Part shown: piece by piece, positions 1 through 11,259 of the stretch
Numbering within the stretch: position 1 is the first letter of the stretch
Layout of the letters: each line of letters opens with the position of its first letter
Program-made: the position numbers and the translations under genes
Notes under the pieces: generated by a model
Seen by the model: the letters and a program-made list of their open reading frames with translations, nothing else
Database searches by the model: none
Told to the model about the DNA's origin: nothing
From: Idiomarina loihiensis L2TR
Lineage (GTDB): Bacteria > Pseudomonadota > Gammaproteobacteria > Enterobacterales > Alteromonadaceae
NCBI RefSeq assembly: GCF_000008465.1
Contig: NC_006512.1
Coordinates: 2,160,001-2,192,000 of the forward strand
Reading direction: 5' to 3'
DNA: 32,000 bases

Positions 1-638
1 TTGAAACTCTGGCTGTTAATGCTGCCCTGAAAGTCTAACCCTAAACTGTTATTACCATTCATGGCTAAGCCCACCGAGTTATCGTCGTTACAGCTAAGTT
101 CTACCGGAAAATCTCCCAGCGACTGCCATTGATTATTAACCAACACCCGAATCTGCTCGCCCCGGGCCTGACCTTTCAACTCGTCGCACCAACGTACCGG
201 GCCGGGCGCAGTAACGACAAAACTGTCTAAGGACAAACGCCAGTTACCTCCGGTTTTTAAAGGCAAGCGGGTGTTTGCCAACTGCAGCAGAGCATTAACA
301 TCACCACTGGCTGTTATATTTTTGGCTCCAACTTTGGTGGACCCTGCCAGTAAGCGTCCATTCAGCGCAAACGGGTTACTTTTGGCAGGCAAGTTAACAT
401 CCATGACCAACTCTCCCAGAAATACAGAAGACACCTGCCAGTTCCAGCTAAGATTATTCAGTACGATATCGTCAACTGCGACCTGCCCGGCAACGCCATT
501 CCATAAGCTTCCGCTGACCTGAGAGAGCCTGATGTTATCCGGTAAAGGAAACCAGTAAATAACCCTTGCCGGTAACATCACCAGCATGGCAACCAGATAC
601 ACGACCACTAACCAGGGTATCCAGCGTTTTAAGTTCAT
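1..638 (-). CDS. gspN: Type II secretion system protein N (GspN), N-terminal ~212 codons; ORF is open to the left window edge
   Basis: Hand translation from ATG at 638 gives MNLKRWIPWLVVVYLVAMLVMLPARVIYWFPLPDNIRLSQVSGSLWNGVAGQV..., with no stop down to position 1. The ATGA overlaps the gspM stop (635-637). It has an N-terminal TM anchor and sits last in the canonical gspC-N order. Confidence 0.75.
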   Translation of the reverse strand, partial: MNLKRWIPWLVVVYLVAMLVMLPARVIYWFPLPDNIRLSQVSGSLWNGVAGQVAVDDIVLNNLSWNWQVSSVFLGELVMDVNLPAKSNPFALNGRLLAGSTKVGAKNITASGDVNALLQLANTRLPLKTGGNWRLSLDSFVVTAPGPVRWCDELKGQARGEQIRVLVNNQWQSLGDFPVELSCNDDNSVGLAMNGNNSLGLDFQGSINSQSF

Positions 639-1153
639 GAAGCCTCACTTACTAATAGTTTACGTAAACGCACCTGTCCGGGCGTATTTAATTTCGCAAT
701 ATCAACAGCTTTTAGTGATAACCCCTGGCGTTGCTCCAGTTCGGCTAAAAAGCTTAATAAATCAGAAAAAGCCACCTCATCAACACTTAACAGATACTCC
801 TGCCCCTGAGGCTGCAAACGCGCGATTTGAATATCCTGCGCAGCTGCAGCACGGTTGATACGTTGACTGACAGAGCCTGATGCACTTTGTTGTTCAGAGC
901 TGCTCTCTTCCAGTTTTTTATAGCGCGCTATTGCCTGCTGAACCCATTGGTATTGCTGCTGTTGAGCTGCAAGCTGACGCTCTGCATTGGCTACTGCCTG
1001 GGAGCTGGGCTGCCAAATGACAAAGTACAGAAAAGCAATAAACAGTACTCCTGCCAAAACAGCTAACAAGCTCTGCTCGCGCTGGTTAAACTGTTGCCAG
1101 CGTTGCTTGCCTAAGTCCAGATAAGGCATTAACTGACGAGTAATTCTGTTCAT
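635..1153 (-). CDS. gspM: Type II secretion system protein M (GspM)
   Basis: 172-aa ORF with a single TM (LLAVLAGVLFIAFLYFVIW). It has 4-nt overlaps with gspL upstream and gspN downstream, and sits in the expected operon position. Confidence 0.8.
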   Translation of the reverse strand: MNRITRQLMPYLDLGKQRWQQFNQREQSLLAVLAGVLFIAFLYFVIWQPSSQAVANAERQLAAQQQQYQWVQQAIARYKKLEESSSEQQSASGSVSQRINRAAAAQDIQIARLQPQGQEYLLSVDEVAFSDLLSFLAELEQRQGLSLKAVDIAKLNTPGQVRLRKLLVSEAS

Positions 1154-2370
1154 GACTGCGCTCCCTGACCATCAAGCTGCACGGTTAAAGAACCCGAAAC
1201 TTGTTCACCACGGTTACTCATTGAACCCGCTTCAACAGTTAGCCCTTCGGCTTTCGCCGCCTGTTGGAAAGCCTCAAATTGAGAAAAGCTACTGGCAGTT
1301 GCCTGTAAGCGCAACTCGTTGTTCTGAAAGCGCAGTAACTCAAGCTGCAGTTCAGGCTGCGACTTAAACGCCGGAGCCAGTTGCTGCAAAACCGCAAGCA
1401 CTGAAGCTTCATCCGCACTGCCTAGTCCAAGGCTTTCCAATTGTCGTTGCAACTGTACTTTTAAATTCACAATACGAGTCTGACCCGGAAAGGCATCACG
1501 ATAAAGTTGCTCAGCCTGAGCTTTTAAAGCGCCCCGCTGAGACTCCAGTTGCCAATAGCGTACGCCGTTTAACAACACGGCCAAAACAAAGAGTACACTC
1601 GCAGCAGTAGCCAGCCCCTTCCAGGGTAAATCAACTGAACGTTTTGCCCGTTGTGAGCGATAAGCCCCCTGCCTTAAGTTAATACGATTTCCTGTCGCGA
1701 TACTTTGCACCGCGATAGTAAAAGGCACTTCAATATCAGCAGGGATTAAAGGTGCTGGCGATTGCGGCCAGTTTAGCGCGCCATAGTGAATAATTTCTGT
1801 TGGACTGTTCTGTTCAGCAGCAAAAGCTGGTGCTAACTGAGCAAACTGCTCTTTTTCTATGGTAAAGCCCTGCCACTCACCAGTTCTGACAATAACACTG
1901 TCGGCAAGCTCAATGGCCTGCCAGGTATCGTTCTGATGCGGCAACAAGAAGCAGTCGGGTACCCAGAAAGCAGAATCAATGCCGGCTTCGGTTAATACCT
2001 GCAGCCAATAATTCATTCGTTCTTTGGCGACTACAGCAACTGGCAATTCTGTGTTTTTTAGATCCGGCCAGGCAAAGTGCAGTTGCTCAATGTCTGTCGC
2101 CAGCTCTTCTTCCAGAGCATAAGGAATAATGCGCTGCAGATGCCTTTTTGTGCCTGCGGGCAAAGTCACTCTTGTCATCGAAACATCTTGCCCGGGCAAG
2201 GCCACAATGACTTCGCAACGGTTGGCCTTATCTTTTAACTGAACAAGCTCTGCTACCGAACTCAGCTCTCCACTGGCTATTAACTCTTGCTGCCCTTTAT
2301 GCCAGACCAACCAGGGTATGGGTTCTTCGGTACCATAAGCCGGTAACCGCAGAATCAGTGTTTCATGCAT
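1150..2370 (-). CDS. gspL: Type II secretion system protein L (GspL)
   Basis: 406-aa ORF with a cytoplasmic domain, a central TM (LATAASVLFVLAVLLNGV) and a periplasmic domain. ATG at 2368-2370. It lies between gspK and gspM. Confidence 0.85.
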   Translation of the reverse strand: MHETLILRLPAYGTEEPIPWLVWHKGQQELIASGELSSVAELVQLKDKANRCEVIVALPGQDVSMTRVTLPAGTKRHLQRIIPYALEEELATDIEQLHFAWPDLKNTELPVAVVAKERMNYWLQVLTEAGIDSAFWVPDCFLLPHQNDTWQAIELADSVIVRTGEWQGFTIEKEQFAQLAPAFAAEQNSPTEIIHYGALNWPQSPAPLIPADIEVPFTIAVQSIATGNRINLRQGAYRSQRAKRSVDLPWKGLATAASVLFVLAVLLNGVRYWQLESQRGALKAQAEQLYRDAFPGQTRIVNLKVQLQRQLESLGLGSADEASVLAVLQQLAPAFKSQPELQLELLRFQNNELRLQATASSFSQFEAFQQAAKAEGLTVEAGSMSNRGEQVSGSLTVQLDGQGAQS

Positions 2371-2373
2371 AAA

Positions 2374-3360
2374 CTAATCTCCCATCGCCCGGTACAGGGT
2401 TTGTACTCGACCTTCGTTTAAATGTAATACCGAGCGCGCTCTCATTTCTACCTCGCCCCACTGAATCATCGCAACCAGCTGAAAATACTCACTACTCACG
2501 GTCAGTTCCGGCAACTCACCTTCTAATTCCGACCTCACTCCCGAAAGCTCAGCCAACTCAGCGAGTTCCTCATCGGATTCGTAGCCTTGAGGCGGCCGGT
2601 TATTCAACAAAGCCATAGCATCAGCAAGTGCTAGCTTACCTTCGGTAACCCCGGTTAAAACCGCAGCCTGATCCTGTTCCAGAGTATTAATATTAATTTT
2701 TAAGTCTGTCTCATTGGGAATAACGCAAGCAACAGAGTTTAAAGAATTGACAACTTTAGCGCTGTATCCACGCACCATTCTTAGTTCACTCATCTCAAGT
2801 AGTTGACTGTTTGCGGCCAAATAAGGCTTAGGTAGACTCTCGTAATCAGGGTCTTCGGCACCGTTACTGCCCGACAACTGACTGTCTTCATCCAGCCAGT
2901 CTACCAGACTGTCGGTTAAAATTTCGGCCTGATAGTTATCAATTTCCAGTGCTTCCAGCAGCGCTTTGTATTGTCGTTTGCGCTTTTCCAGAGTTCCGGG
3001 ATCTTCTGCATCGGTAACCAGGCTATTAAGGTTAAAGCAACTGTATAAATCCCTGACTTTCGCGGCAATCTGCCCACCTTCTACCGGAAAAGGTCCGCTG
3101 CGCTGAGCCCAGTTTTGCTCTTTGTGCGCAACTCCATCGTTCTCTTCCAGCTCAGTTTGCAGCACTTCTTTTAGCACATCCTCTGCGCTTAACCACATCC
3201 AGTAGCTTTGTTCAGCTTGCTGCAAGTTGCCCATACGGGTTATTTGCAACTGCAGTTTGCCGCCTAAATTCACTGCAATAACCGACACAATAGCAATAAC
3301 CAGCAAGACGGTTATCAGTGCCGCTCCGGCTTGTGATGACTTACGCGGGCTAATTGGCAC
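2374..3360 (-). CDS. gspK: Type II secretion minor pseudopilin GspK
   Basis: 328 aa with an N-terminal hydrophobic pseudopilin-like segment (GAALITVLLVIAIVSVIAV). Size and position are typical of GspK. It overlaps the gspJ 3' end. Confidence 0.85.
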   Translation of the reverse strand: MPISPRKSSQAGAALITVLLVIAIVSVIAVNLGGKLQLQITRMGNLQQAEQSYWMWLSAEDVLKEVLQTELEENDGVAHKEQNWAQRSGPFPVEGGQIAAKVRDLYSCFNLNSLVTDAEDPGTLEKRKRQYKALLEALEIDNYQAEILTDSLVDWLDEDSQLSGSNGAEDPDYESLPKPYLAANSQLLEMSELRMVRGYSAKVVNSLNSVACVIPNETDLKININTLEQDQAAVLTGVTEGKLALADAMALLNNRPPQGYESDEELAELAELSGVRSELEGELPELTVSSEYFQLVAMIQWGEVEMRARSVLHLNEGRVQTLYRAMGD

Positions 3361-4033
3361 GTTGCAGCCCTCCGCTATTACTTTCCACTTGCTGTCCTAC
3401 TGCGGCTATCAAAAACACGCGTCTGATGGTGCCAAAGTTTTTGCTACGAATGGTCACTTCAACGGCTTGAGGCAAATCACCTGCGCTTTCCCAGTTGTCG
3501 CTCCAGCCTTGTTCTAACCCCTGATTCGCGTTACTCACGCCATCACTGCGGTAAAACCGAAAAGACAGTTCTTCAACGCCTTCTAATAAGGTCTGAACGG
3601 ATGGCTCTGAGGAGCGATCGTTAACGAAAGTCTCGGTTACCCGTTGCAAATTCCCATCCCATAAACGGTAAACTACCGGCTGCAATTCGCTGCGGGGCAT
3701 CATGTTACCGGGGTTATCAAAACCACTTCTGACAAAGGCCAGCACACCGCCGTCAGAATCGAAGTAACTCGGATCATTACTCAGGTATTGATGAGTCACT
3801 TCGACACCCGATGGTCGTGTTGGTTTAGCGACCATTTGCCGAATATCCTGCTGTATCAGCAACTGGCTAAACTGCAAACGTTCCAGTTGCTCGCGCTGTT
3901 TTTGAGATTGCTCTTCGGTATTGACCATTTGGTTCAGAACCTGAAAGCTGGCAATACCGATAATGGCAAATATCACCATGGTCACCAGCACTTCTACTAA
4001 GGTAAAACCCTTGTTTGCGGAGTTAACGACCAT
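3350..4033 (-). CDS. gspJ: Type II secretion minor pseudopilin GspJ
   Basis: Prepilin-type N-terminal motif KG/FTLVEVLVTMVIFAIIG. I prefer the ATG at 4033 (SD GGGAGG 8 nt upstream, MVVNSANKGFTLVEV) over the track start at 4069. Confidence 0.85.
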   Translation of the reverse strand: MVVNSANKGFTLVEVLVTMVIFAIIGIASFQVLNQMVNTEEQSQKQREQLERLQFSQLLIQQDIRQMVAKPTRPSGVEVTHQYLSNDPSYFDSDGGVLAFVRSGFDNPGNMMPRSELQPVVYRLWDGNLQRVTETFVNDRSSEPSVQTLLEGVEELSFRFYRSDGVSNANQGLEQGWSDNWESAGDLPQAVEVTIRSKNFGTIRRVFLIAAVGQQVESNSGGLQRAN

Positions 4034-4415
4034 TGCTCGTTCCTCCCGCTGAATCCGGTTTACGCACATAGCGGGTTAGCCGAAAGTGCTCACGACCGTC
4101 CTCGTTTTTCATCACTTTCACCGTCACTGCAACAACATTCGGCGTGACGGTTTCAGTCACTTGTTGCTGCCAGTACCAGGTAACATCGGCCTGTTCCTGC
4201 TGGCCGCTCCGTTTATCTTCAAGTGGCCACTTTTGTTCAAGCGACAATTCTGCGAGGCGGTTAGAAGCTACGTACTGAGCAAAGGTTTTATCCTGCAAAG
4301 CACTTAACCCGGTCAGATGCCCACTAGCGGCCTGTAGTGCAGCAAGTGCCGCCAGACTGAACACCGACAAGGCAACCATCACTTCAATTAAGGTAAAGCC
4401 ACGCACCCACCGCAT
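4023..4415 (-). CDS. gspI: Type II secretion minor pseudopilin GspI
   Basis: 130 aa with the prepilin motif MRWVRG/FTLIEVMVALSVF, in the expected operon position. Confidence 0.85.
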   Translation of the reverse strand: MRWVRGFTLIEVMVALSVFSLAALAALQAASGHLTGLSALQDKTFAQYVASNRLAELSLEQKWPLEDKRSGQQEQADVTWYWQQQVTETVTPNVVAVTVKVMKNEDGREHFRLTRYVRKPDSAGGTSNGR

Positions 4416-4417
4416 AG

Positions 4418-4984
4418 TTACTCCGGAGCCTCGGCAGAAATACTGACTTGCCAGCTGTTTTCAGCAATAAGCCAACGTTCAGCATCGGGGTCGTTTAAAT
4501 GCTCAATATGAACTTCAAATAGTGTCATTTCACCACTAGGTAGAATCAGAATATCGGGAATGATGCTGTCTTCGTCACTTTCCTCAGCAAACAACCCGCT
4601 ACTCAGCGATTCGTTTTGTTCCAATATCTTCAGCCCCCGGCTAGTAAACTGCCAGCGTAGTGGCCATTCTGTTTCCTGCGCCCGCAAACCACGAGCGTTT
4701 TGTTCGCGCCATTGCTCATCTTTCCAGAATAAGAAACGATAGCCATCTTCTTGAAACTTTAATCCGAGAGGTTGTTGTCGAACCATGGCGTATTCGCGTG
4801 CATAGTTTAGCTGTTGACGTAAACTCACGGCCGCATTTTGAGGAGAGTCCTGCCCACGATCACCACCGGGCAGTGTAAACATGACAGCGCTGGCGATGAG
4901 ACCAAGAATGGCCATCACCAGCATGACTTCAATTAAAGTAAAACCAACTGAACAACGCTTATTGATCACGATTGTTGTTGCCAA
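4418..4984 (-). CDS. gspH: Type II secretion minor pseudopilin GspH
   Basis: Prepilin motif SVG/FTLIEVMLVMAILGLI. The start is uncertain: the track start at 4984 is a TTG, and a GTG at 4969 is an alternative. Either start overlaps the gspG 3' end. Confidence 0.8.
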   Translation of the reverse strand: MATTIVINKRCSVGFTLIEVMLVMAILGLIASAVMFTLPGGDRGQDSPQNAAVSLRQQLNYAREYAMVRQQPLGLKFQEDGYRFLFWKDEQWREQNARGLRAQETEWPLRWQFTSRGLKILEQNESLSSGLFAEESDEDSIIPDILILPSGEMTLFEVHIEHLNDPDAERWLIAENSWQVSISAEAPE

Positions 4985-5396
4985 TCATCCAGTTGCCAAA
5001 ATCATCATCTGTTCCGGGCTGACCGTCCGGGCCCGGGGAAAAAATATCAACATCATCGTACTGACCCGGGTTCAGGAGTAAATAGTCATTGCCGTAAGGA
5101 TCCTGCGGTAAACGACGAATATAACCGCCGCTGCGGTAGCTGCGAGGCTGCGGATCCATGTTCGGTTCATTGACTAAAGCCTCAAGTCCCTGCTCGGTCG
5201 TTGGAAACATACCGTTGTCTAAGTGATACTGAGCCAGTGCGTTTTCTAAAGCGACAATATCGGCTATCACTTTTTGCTCGTTGGCCTTTTCCTGATTACC
5301 CAGTACATTTGGTAACACCATAGTGGCCAAAATACCGATAATGGCAATAACCACCATTACTTCGACCAATGAAAAACCTTGTTGATTACGTCTCAT
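4959..5396 (-). CDS. gspG: Type II secretion major pseudopilin GspG
   Basis: 145 aa. MRRNQQG/FSLVEVMVVIAIIGILA...DIVALENAL..Y.LDNG.FPTTEQGLEALV...RLPQDPYGN is collinear with EpsG/GspG over the full length. Confidence 0.95.
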   Translation of the reverse strand: MRRNQQGFSLVEVMVVIAIIGILATMVLPNVLGNQEKANEQKVIADIVALENALAQYHLDNGMFPTTEQGLEALVNEPNMDPQPRSYRSGGYIRRLPQDPYGNDYLLLNPGQYDDVDIFSPGPDGQPGTDDDFGNWMIGNNNRDQ

Positions 5397-5398
5397 AC

Positions 5399-6625
5399 CT
5401 AAAGCCCTACACTATTATTTAATTGTAAAATGGGTTGAATGATAGACAGCACAATAAAGAAGACGATACCTGCCATCGTCACTATCAACACCGGCTCAAA
5501 TACTTTTAAGCTGACCGACACCAAGTTTTCAAATTCTTTGTCCTGATTATCGGCTGAACGTTTTAACATTTGTTCCAGTTCACCGGACTTCTCACCTGCC
5601 GCTATCATGTGCAGCATCATTGGTGGGAACAACCCCGTTTCCTGCAACGCACCGCGCATTGACGCCCCTTCGCGAACGCGTCCGGCCGCTTCATCTACCG
5701 CCTGGCGTATGGCCAAATTACCGATAACTGATGAAGTAATACGTAGTCCATCAAGCAAAGGAACCGCCGAGGACGTCAGTATACTTAAAGTCCGGGCAAA
5801 ACGGGCGGTACTCACACCTCTTATGACCTTACCCAGCATGGGAAGTTTTAACAGCCTTCGATGATATTTCAGGCGGTTCTTTTCATTTCTCAACCACTGG
5901 TTAAAGGCCACCAGTACCAAAGCAATACCAATAAGTAACCACAGCCCCCAGTTTTGCAAGAATTCACTAATGGCTATCATCGCCAGAGTGGTTGGCGGCA
6001 AGTCCTGGCCCATGGTTGAAAAGTTATCCACTATTTGCGGCACAATAGAAACCAACAGAAAAACCACAATGCCAATGGCAACCAAAGTCAGCATAAGCGG
6101 ATAAATTAGCGCCTGAGTCAACTGGCTTTTCATGTGCTGCCGCTGCTCGGTATAGTTTGCCAGCTCATCCAGTACGGTGTCTAAATGGCCGGATTTTTCA
6201 CCTGCAGCGACCATTGCGGTATATAAAGAATCAAAAACACCGGGAAACTCCGACATAGCTTCGGCAAGGCCATAACCTTCAACCACTTTACTGCGTACCG
6301 ACATCAGTAACTTTTTCAGGCGCGGCTTTTCGGTTTGATCAGCAACCGCTAACAATGCCTGCTCAATGGGCAACGCTGAACCTACTAAGGTGGATAACTG
6401 ACGGGTAATTAATGCCAAGTCCTGCGCTTTAACCTTACGCTGTGGAAGCCCAAATCGGGGCTGTAAGGTTTTCTTTCTGTCTTGATCAGCGGCAGGTTCA
6501 ATGGTTAAAGGCATTAAGCCTTTTTCACGCAATAACTGACGTACCTGTCGCTCAGTATCGGCTTCCAGTACACCTTTTTTCTTTCTGCCATTAGCTTCAA
6601 CGGCTTGGTACTCAAATGCTGCCAC
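5399..6625 (-). CDS. gspF: Type II secretion inner-membrane platform protein GspF
   Basis: 408 aa with a duplicated GspF-type domain, each half followed by TM segments. Size is the same as EpsF, and it lies between gspE and gspG. Confidence 0.95.
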   Translation of the reverse strand: MAAFEYQAVEANGRKKKGVLEADTERQVRQLLREKGLMPLTIEPAADQDRKKTLQPRFGLPQRKVKAQDLALITRQLSTLVGSALPIEQALLAVADQTEKPRLKKLLMSVRSKVVEGYGLAEAMSEFPGVFDSLYTAMVAAGEKSGHLDTVLDELANYTEQRQHMKSQLTQALIYPLMLTLVAIGIVVFLLVSIVPQIVDNFSTMGQDLPPTTLAMIAISEFLQNWGLWLLIGIALVLVAFNQWLRNEKNRLKYHRRLLKLPMLGKVIRGVSTARFARTLSILTSSAVPLLDGLRITSSVIGNLAIRQAVDEAAGRVREGASMRGALQETGLFPPMMLHMIAAGEKSGELEQMLKRSADNQDKEFENLVSVSLKVFEPVLIVTMAGIVFFIVLSIIQPILQLNNSVGL

Positions 6626-6628
6626 CCT

Positions 6629-8113
6629 CTACTCCTCGCGGGTAACCCGCAGCACTTCTTCCAGCGTTGTTTTGCCTTTCAGTACTTTTGCTAAGCCGTC
6701 CTGGCGAATACCTGGGGTCGACTGCCGAATATACTTTTCAATAGACTGCTCACCGTGACCGTTATGGACTAACTCACGTACGTGGTCATCCACCAGCAGC
6801 AGTTCGTGAATACCGGTTCGTCCACGATAACCGGTGTGATTGCATCGTTCACAACTCCCTGCACGATAAATCACACTCGTATCTGAAGCATCAAGGCCCA
6901 GCATATTCTTTTCTTCGTCATCAGGCTGGTGCGGCTGTTTGCACTCGCTACAGAGTGTCCGCACCAGGCGCTGTGATAACACCGCCAATAAGCTCGATGA
7001 AAGCAGGAAAGGTTCTACGCCCATGTCTTCCAGACGAGTAATAGCGCCGGCGGCTGTATTGGTGTGCAATGTAGACAAGACCAGGTGACCGGTGAGCGAC
7101 GCCTGCACAGCAATCTGCGCGGTTTCGACATCACGTATCTCACCAACCATCACTACGTCCGGGTCCTGGCGCAAAATAGCGCGTAAGCCGCGGGCGAAGG
7201 TCATATCCACCCGAGGGTTAACCTGAGTCTGCCCAATGCCATCAATGGCGTATTCTATAGGGTCTTCGACGGTCAGAATATTACGGTCTTTAGAATTAAT
7301 TTCGCTAAGCCCGGCATACAACGTCGTACTTTTACCTGAGCCCGTCGGGCCGGTTACCAAAATAATGCCGTGGGGTTTGTAAATCAGTTCCTGGAAAATT
7401 TTTCGGTTCCCGTCAGTCATTCCCAGTTCAGTCAAGTTAAGCCTTGCGTTGTTCTTATCCAGCAAACGCAGTACCACCCGCTCGCCATGATTAGACGGCA
7501 TGGTAGAAACCCGTACATCCACTGCCCGACCGGCAATCAACAAAGAAATACGACCATCCTGTGGAACACGCTTTTCGGCGATATCCAGCTGCGCCATTAC
7601 TTTTATGCGCGACACCAGCAGCGATGACAACTTACGGTTTGGTCGTAACACTTCACGTAAAACACCATCTATGCGAAAACGTATAAGCAAAGCTTTCTCA
7701 AAAGTCTCAATATGAATATCTGAGGCGCCTTCTTTTATCGCTTCACTCAACATCGCATTAATTAGCTTAATAATAGGCGCGTCGTCTTCGCTTTCGAGCA
7801 AATCTTCGGTCTGCGGCAGCTCATCAGCAAGAGAGAATAAATCGGACTCATTGCCAATGTCTTCCATTAACTGCTGGGCTTCCGATGAGTCTCGTTGATA
7901 AGCACGAGTTAACAGGCTTTCAAAGTCGCTTGCGGCATGCTCCTGAAGAGTGACAGGTTGACCCAACGCGCGCCTAACTTCTTTTAACGCAGCAGCCGAA
8001 ATACCTGCACGGCAATGCAAAATTAACGGCTCACCCTGCTCAACCACCACGCCAAAGCGTTTAGCAAAGCTGAAAGGAAGGCGAGCTGTTGCAATGGCAC
8101 TGGCTTCAGTCAT
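6629..8113 (-). CDS. gspE: Type II secretion ATPase GspE
   Basis: Walker [10 protein letters not shown] and a tetracysteine zinc motif (CSECK...CERC). The N-terminus [24 protein letters not shown] resembles EpsE, so I prefer the ATG at 8113. The track ORF extends to the ATG at 8128. Confidence 0.95.
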   Translation of the reverse strand: MTEASAIATARLPFSFAKRFGVVVEQGEPLILHCRAGISAAALKEVRRALGQPVTLQEHAASDFESLLTRAYQRDSSEAQQLMEDIGNESDLFSLADELPQTEDLLESEDDAPIIKLINAMLSEAIKEGASDIHIETFEKALLIRFRIDGVLREVLRPNRKLSSLLVSRIKVMAQLDIAEKRVPQDGRISLLIAGRAVDVRVSTMPSNHGERVVLRLLDKNNARLNLTELGMTDGNRKIFQELIYKPHGIILVTGPTGSGKSTTLYAGLSEINSKDRNILTVEDPIEYAIDGIGQTQVNPRVDMTFARGLRAILRQDPDVVMVGEIRDVETAQIAVQASLTGHLVLSTLHTNTAAGAITRLEDMGVEPFLLSSSLLAVLSQRLVRTLCSECKQPHQPDDEEKNMLGLDASDTSVIYRAGSCERCNHTGYRGRTGIHELLLVDDHVRELVHNGHGEQSIEKYIRQSTPGIRQDGLAKVLKGKTTLEEVLRVTREE

Positions 8114-10232
8114 TTTGCTGCTCTTCATTTTGTTCGCCGATTTCTTTATCGCTTTCTTCGCTATTCTTCTTGTCGCTCTTCTCGCTACCTTGTTTTTTCA
8201 GATATTCGTCAAAGCCCGGCGGTAACGTCAGTTCACTGTCCCAGTCGTTAAGCAACGGTGAATCCTCAGAAGGCATTAGAGAGATACCGCGCGAACGTTC
8301 ATCCAATTGCAGTGCCCGCATATAATTGTACTTTGCCGAACTTAACTCACGCATACGGTTACCGTCACGGACTATGGTTGGACGGATAAAAACCATCAGG
8401 TTGCGCTTTTGTTTAGAGGTTGACGTAGAGCTGAATAATTTACCTAAAATTGGTATGTCGCCTAATAAAGGAACTTTAGAGACCGACTCCTGCACGTCTT
8501 CGTCAATTAGACCGCCCAGTACAATGGTCTCGCCGTCGTCAGCCATAACCGTGGTTTTCAGTTCCCGCTTATTAATAATCACGTCAACCGCAGTGGCACC
8601 GCTTAAACTGGACACTTCCTGTTCTATCGTCATTTGCACGGCGTCCCCCTCGTTAATTTGAGGCGTTACCTTTAACTTAATACCTATCTCGGTGCGATCA
8701 ACCGTCTGAAAAGGGTTGTCATTGTTATCCCCCGTAGTAGAGCCACTAATCGTAGGGACTTCCTGACCGACCAGGAAGCTCGCTTCTTCGTTGTCGACGG
8801 TAACAATACTTGGCGTGGCCAGAATATTTGAGCGAGTATCCTGAGTAACGGCCTGAACCACCGCTGCCCAGTCGTTCTGAATGGTGCCGAACATCATGCC
8901 GTTTACCGAGCCCAGTAAATTCGCCAGCAACGAGACATCACCAGGCTCATCCGGTTCTGTCGTCGTCACCTCGACTCCTCCATCTGTTATCCGGGTCGTC
9001 GTTGTACCTTCCCTTTCACGTGCTTGATAAGCACCCGCGGCCAAACTCCCGATAGGTACCTGATTACCATTATTATATTGAACCATACCGCCGTCTTCAC
9101 TGATCCACTGCACGCCAAAGTCAACGTTATCGCCTTCCATAATTTCGACAATAATAGCTTCAACCTGAACCTGAGCACGGCGAATGTCTAAGTCCCTAAT
9201 CACTTTTTCCAGCGACGCCAGCATGTCTTTTTGAGCGGTAATGACCACCGAGTTTGTCGGCTCATGCGGGCTGATACTGACCGTTTCATCACCTCCGGTA
9301 CGACGGCGCTGAGTTGCATTACCGGTACCGGACTGTTGCTCGACTTCGGCCTGAATAGAACGGCTGACATCTTTCAACACCTCAACTACTTCAGGTGCTT
9401 TCGCATATTTTAAGTAGAAAACACGAGTGTTACCTTCGGTTTTTAAGTCCTGATCAAGCTGTTTAATCAACTTAACGACGCGGGCACGGGCACGGGGCTC
9501 ACCGCTAACAATAACGCTATTACTGCGCTCATCAGCAACAATTTTAGGAATAAGTAACGCCGGTACGCCTTCATTATTTTTCTCGAACAGCGACTGAGCT
9601 ATACGAACAATTTCACTGGCTGACGCATACTCCAGACTAATCATATCAACATCTTGATCGCCAGCCCGATCCACCCGCTCAATAATCTCTACTAAACGCT
9701 GCACGGTTTCAGCGCGCCCGGTCATCATGATCACATTTGATGGGTCATAACTGACGACCATACCGCCACCGCTTTGGTCATTTAGCTGACGCAATAAAGG
9801 AGCAAGCTCCCTTACGGAGACATTCTCTACCGGCACAACCCGGGTCACCATTGTGTCGCCCAGCATTTTTGTGTCACTACCAATAACAGGCAACGAAGAG
9901 GTTTTTGCGTCTTTATCACGAATGACTTTCAGGACACCGGACTCCATTTCAACAGTGGCAAATCCGTAGACCTCAAGAACATTAAGAAAAAACTGATAGT
10001 ACTGCTCTTCATCCATCACATCATAGCTGCGCACATCTATTTTGCCCCGCACGTTAGGGTCGATAATGATGGTTTTACCTAAGTTTCGGCCGACAACCTG
10101 AATAAACTCGTTAATATCAGTATTTTTAAAACTGGCGGCATATTCTTCGCTGCTTAATGGTGAACTCATCAGTGTTAATGCCAAACCGAGAGCTCCCAAC
10201 CATGCTTTTAAGCCACTCTTTGCCACTGTCAT
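8106..10232 (-). CDS. gspD: Type II secretion outer-membrane secretin GspD
   Basis: 708 aa with a signal peptide, N0-N3 domains and a C-terminal secretin core ([14 protein letters not shown]). It ends in an acidic/lysine-rich tail. Confidence 0.95.
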   Translation of the reverse strand: MTVAKSGLKAWLGALGLALTLMSSPLSSEEYAASFKNTDINEFIQVVGRNLGKTIIIDPNVRGKIDVRSYDVMDEEQYYQFFLNVLEVYGFATVEMESGVLKVIRDKDAKTSSLPVIGSDTKMLGDTMVTRVVPVENVSVRELAPLLRQLNDQSGGGMVVSYDPSNVIMMTGRAETVQRLVEIIERVDRAGDQDVDMISLEYASASEIVRIAQSLFEKNNEGVPALLIPKIVADERSNSVIVSGEPRARARVVKLIKQLDQDLKTEGNTRVFYLKYAKAPEVVEVLKDVSRSIQAEVEQQSGTGNATQRRRTGGDETVSISPHEPTNSVVITAQKDMLASLEKVIRDLDIRRAQVQVEAIIVEIMEGDNVDFGVQWISEDGGMVQYNNGNQVPIGSLAAGAYQAREREGTTTTRITDGGVEVTTTEPDEPGDVSLLANLLGSVNGMMFGTIQNDWAAVVQAVTQDTRSNILATPSIVTVDNEEASFLVGQEVPTISGSTTGDNNDNPFQTVDRTEIGIKLKVTPQINEGDAVQMTIEQEVSSLSGATAVDVIINKRELKTTVMADDGETIVLGGLIDEDVQESVSKVPLLGDIPILGKLFSSTSTSKQKRNLMVFIRPTIVRDGNRMRELSSAKYNYMRALQLDERSRGISLMPSEDSPLLNDWDSELTLPPGFDEYLKKQGSEKSDKKNSEESDKEIGEQNEEQQND

Positions 10233-10233
10233 A

Positions 10234-11148
10234 TCAATTATCCTGTTTTACCGGTAGCTCAAACGACAGTTCCATCCTTTCACCGCCGCGCTCAATTTCT
10301 ATGGTGACTCGCTCTTGTTCCGACAGTTCCTGACTAGCAAGCATGGCCTGCTCCATGTCGGTCAAATCGTAGCCGTTAATAGCCACTGCAAGATCACCAT
10401 TCTGGAATCCAGCATCCCGAAATAACTCGGGGTTCTTGCCTGAATTCAGTTTGTATCCTTTTAACTCGCCATTAATTTGTACTGGCGAAATATTCACGTA
10501 ATCGAGTAACGACGAAGGATTATCAGCAACCTGGGCCAACTGTTGTTCAACAGTCGCATCATCATTAACCGGATTGCTGTCATCACTATCGACAGGTACC
10601 AGCGCACCAGAGTTATCTGAGTCACCTACAATTAAAGACAGTGCAGGCCTGTCCTCACCAATGTCTTCCATTTTCAACGTTTCTAATCGGCCGTTATTAT
10701 CAAGAATAACGCGATCGGCATGAATCTCTTCTACAGTCACCGATGAACTGCCCAGGCTCTCACCAATAATGTAGGTTTGTTGCTTGCTGCCTTGCTGAAT
10801 AATAGCTGCTGAACGTTCAGGGTTAGAGCTGGCAGAGACGCCTATCAGACGGACGTTTAATGATGTTTTCGGCGCATTTTGAACGCTTTTAGGACGGTTC
10901 CCCCGCTCTGCTGCTCCGAAAAGATTCAGCGTCGTTAAAGTCTCTAAATTCATCGAGCCAGTTGCAGTAGAATCAACCGTAACTATAGGTAACACCGCGC
11001 TGTCGTCGGGCTCTGCAGGGTTAATCAGTGACCAGGTAAACCGAGCCAGCAATACCGCAACCAAAAACCATGCGAAAGCCGTTAGCGCTTGCATTAAGCG
11101 GCGCCACATTTGAGTATCTTTAAATATTTGTTGGAGTCGGGCAGTCAC
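10234..11148 (-). CDS. gspC: Type II secretion protein GspC (TM anchor plus C-terminal PDZ-like domain)
   Basis: 304 aa with a TM (LTAFAWFLVAVLLARF) and a C-terminal PDZ-like stretch (GYKLNSGKNPELFRDAGFQNGDLAVAINGYDL). It is the first gene of the operon. The start is ambiguous: GTG at 11148 or ATG at 11109. Confidence 0.8.
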   Translation of the reverse strand: MTARLQQIFKDTQMWRRLMQALTAFAWFLVAVLLARFTWSLINPAEPDDSAVLPIVTVDSTATGSMNLETLTTLNLFGAAERGNRPKSVQNAPKTSLNVRLIGVSASSNPERSAAIIQQGSKQQTYIIGESLGSSSVTVEEIHADRVILDNNGRLETLKMEDIGEDRPALSLIVGDSDNSGALVPVDSDDSNPVNDDATVEQQLAQVADNPSSLLDYVNISPVQINGELKGYKLNSGKNPELFRDAGFQNGDLAVAINGYDLTDMEQAMLASQELSEQERVTIEIERGGERMELSFELPVKQDN

Positions 11149-11259
11149 TTTATTCTTATTCTTGTTACACTGACAAAAGGCGATTCATGCATTCTAGCGC
11201 AGGCGACATGAGTCAACAATCGGTTAACACAAAGTTTATAACGAATTCGTTGCGGTTTT

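Noticed and set aside
1-11148. The type II secretion operon as something unusual (many overlapping junctions; no gspO, gspA or gspB)
   Set aside because: The gspC-N order, the 4- to 26-nt overlaps and reliance on a prepilin peptidase encoded elsewhere (pilD/gspO) are standard for Vibrio/Alteromonas-type T2SS loci.
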